A stretch of 64,000 nt of DNA from Alphaproteobacteria bacterium (lineage in GTDB: Bacteria > Pseudomonadota > Alphaproteobacteria > RF32 > CAG-239): NCBI GenBank assembly GCA_017484225.1, contig JAFUTN010000028.1, positions 6,175 to 70,174 on the forward strand, written 5' to 3'. The notes beneath the pieces are model-generated. The model searched no databases. It saw nothing but the letters and a program-made list of their open reading frames with translations, and had not been told where the DNA came from. Below are positions 62,745 through 64,000 of the stretch, one piece after another (position 1 is the first letter of the stretch; the number at the start of each line of letters is the position of its first letter). Position numbers and translations under genes: made by a program.

Positions 62745-64000
62745 TTATACCATTATCCTATCTTCCCAACTCAATTTTACTTCCATCTTTTTACTGCGCA
62801 AATCATTAACAATGTTATTTAAGTGCATTTTAGCGAAGAAAGGAAGTTTTTTTTCTGTTTTACCATTAGTTAAAATTATGTATCGTACAGTACTTCCTTC
62901 CCATTCATTTTCGAGATGCTTATCTTCATTTGATATTTTAGAATTAACGGCTTTCACATATCGTTTATTCGTCCTTGTATATGCGTCGGCGGATACCAAT
63001 CCTTGAGCAAATAAATGACTTAAAGAGTCTGGGCCTCTTCTTATTTTTGAGTGAATAAATACCTTATTTTTAGGAAGTATCACATCGCAGACTTCTATTT
63101 GTGTATCGTAAACTAAAATATGTTTATCAGCATCATCAAATAATTCTGCAGATAGTTCCGAACTTAATTCTTTATTGAAACAATATTCTCTTCTTATTTT
63201 CTCTTTTCCAGCACTTACATAATCTTGAATACTTTGATTGACTCTCTTAACGCCTTCATCACTCAAAATAAAAGAATTATCTTCAATAGAATTTATAGTT
63301 TCTTTAATATCTTCATATTTATCCTTGTTTATATCAAATAATTCACCATGCGAAATAAAGTAAACTTTTCCATTTGCCTCAAACTCACCATATAAGCAGT
63401 CCAAAAGATTCCATTCTTTTAATTCACTACCATTATCATCTAAAATTAATACCTTTGCTTTTTCCAAATTTTGATATTTGATATTTTGAGTTTCTGCATA
63501 TTTATTAATATCAAACTCTGTATATTCTACGTCACCTATCCTAAAATGATCAATCTGAGCTAAATTGATATCTGTCTCTGGTTCAAAGAAAAAGAAGTCA
63601 TTAGTATTATTTAATAATTTTTCTGAAATTATTTTTTTCATATCTTCTGTTATTTCAACAGGTGTCAATCCCTTAAATAAGGATTTCTTATCTTTTTCCG
63701 TGACAGAATCATAAATATCTATCAGTTTACATAAACTTTCTTTTAGTCTTTCCAAAGGAATATAATCTTCATCATCTGCTAAATCGAAATTAAGCGTTAC
63801 ATTTAAGGAACTATAACTTCCTACCATAGCATGATAAAATTGTTTTTTGTTATTAGCATAAGCGGTTACTTCCCTAATAACTTCATTATCTTCCATTATG
63901 ATATTGAAATTTTCGTCGTTAATCGATTTACCAAACATTCGATCTATGTTCACAGGATTTGAACTAATCTCTCTGCTTTTTCCTCTTTTTATGGAAGCAT
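62745..64000 (-). CDS. TIGR04141/DUF6119-like sporadically distributed protein, 5' end beyond the window
   Basis: E..FN, IEVCD, IH.K, LSHLFAQG.VSA, LPFFAK..L motifs; the frame is open to the window edge. Confidence 0.75.
   Translation of the reverse strand, partial: ASIKRGKSREISSNPVNIDRMFGKSINDENFNIIMEDNEVIREVTAYANNKKQFYHAMVGSYSSLNVTLNFDLADDEDYIPLERLKESLCKLIDIYDSVTEKDKKSLFKGLTPVEITEDMKKIISEKLLNNTNDFFFFEPETDINLAQIDHFRIGDVEYTEFDINKYAETQNIKYQNLEKAKVLILDDNGSELKEWNLLDCLYGEFEANGKVYFISHGELFDINKDKYEDIKETINSIEDNSFILSDEGVKRVNQSIQDYVSAGKEKIRREYCFNKELSSELSAELFDDADKHILVYDTQIEVCDVILPKNKVFIHSKIRRGPDSLSHLFAQGLVSADAYTRTNKRYVKAVNSKISNEDKHLENEWEGSTVRYIILTNGKTEKKLPFFAKMHLNNIVNDLRSKKMEVKLSWEDRIMV

Larger units (their letters stand above)
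59790..64000. mobile_element. Left part of a putative integrated (defence-type) island
   Basis: IHF-like and tandem arm-like repeats at 59790-59880, a shift in composition, and MTase, Fic and DUF6119-like cargo. Confidence 0.5.

Overview
Chromosomal window from an AT-rich alphaproteobacterium. Alpha-type gene order (rluD-rpoH, divergent secA/PPIase, rplY-pth) supports this; a gut RF32-like lineage is my inference. Housekeeping genes include comM/yifB, rpsF-rpsR-rplI, pth, rplY, accA, yejAB, a DnaJ-class chaperone, secA, rluD, rpoH, an RND efflux trio, MscS, a cyclophilin, clpXP, SulP and tRNA-Thr(CGT). Accessory elements are interspersed: two secreted BspA-type LRR proteins with a near-identical C-terminal tail, an orphan VirD4-like coupling protein cluster, a solo tyrosine recombinase, an Mpi-like serine recombinase, and the start of an island carrying a broken C5-methyltransferase, a Fic protein and a TIGR04141/DUF6119-like protein. 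The most striking signal is three ~200-nt non-coding leaders (11241-11468 +, 22523-22762 -, 44969-45235 -). They differ in sequence but share one covarying layout: promoter, loop box A, box B, anti-A, anti-B, terminator. This resembles phage C4/CI antisense-RNA attenuators, and two of the three sit in front of the LRR genes. All calls were made by eye; no searches or folding programs were run.
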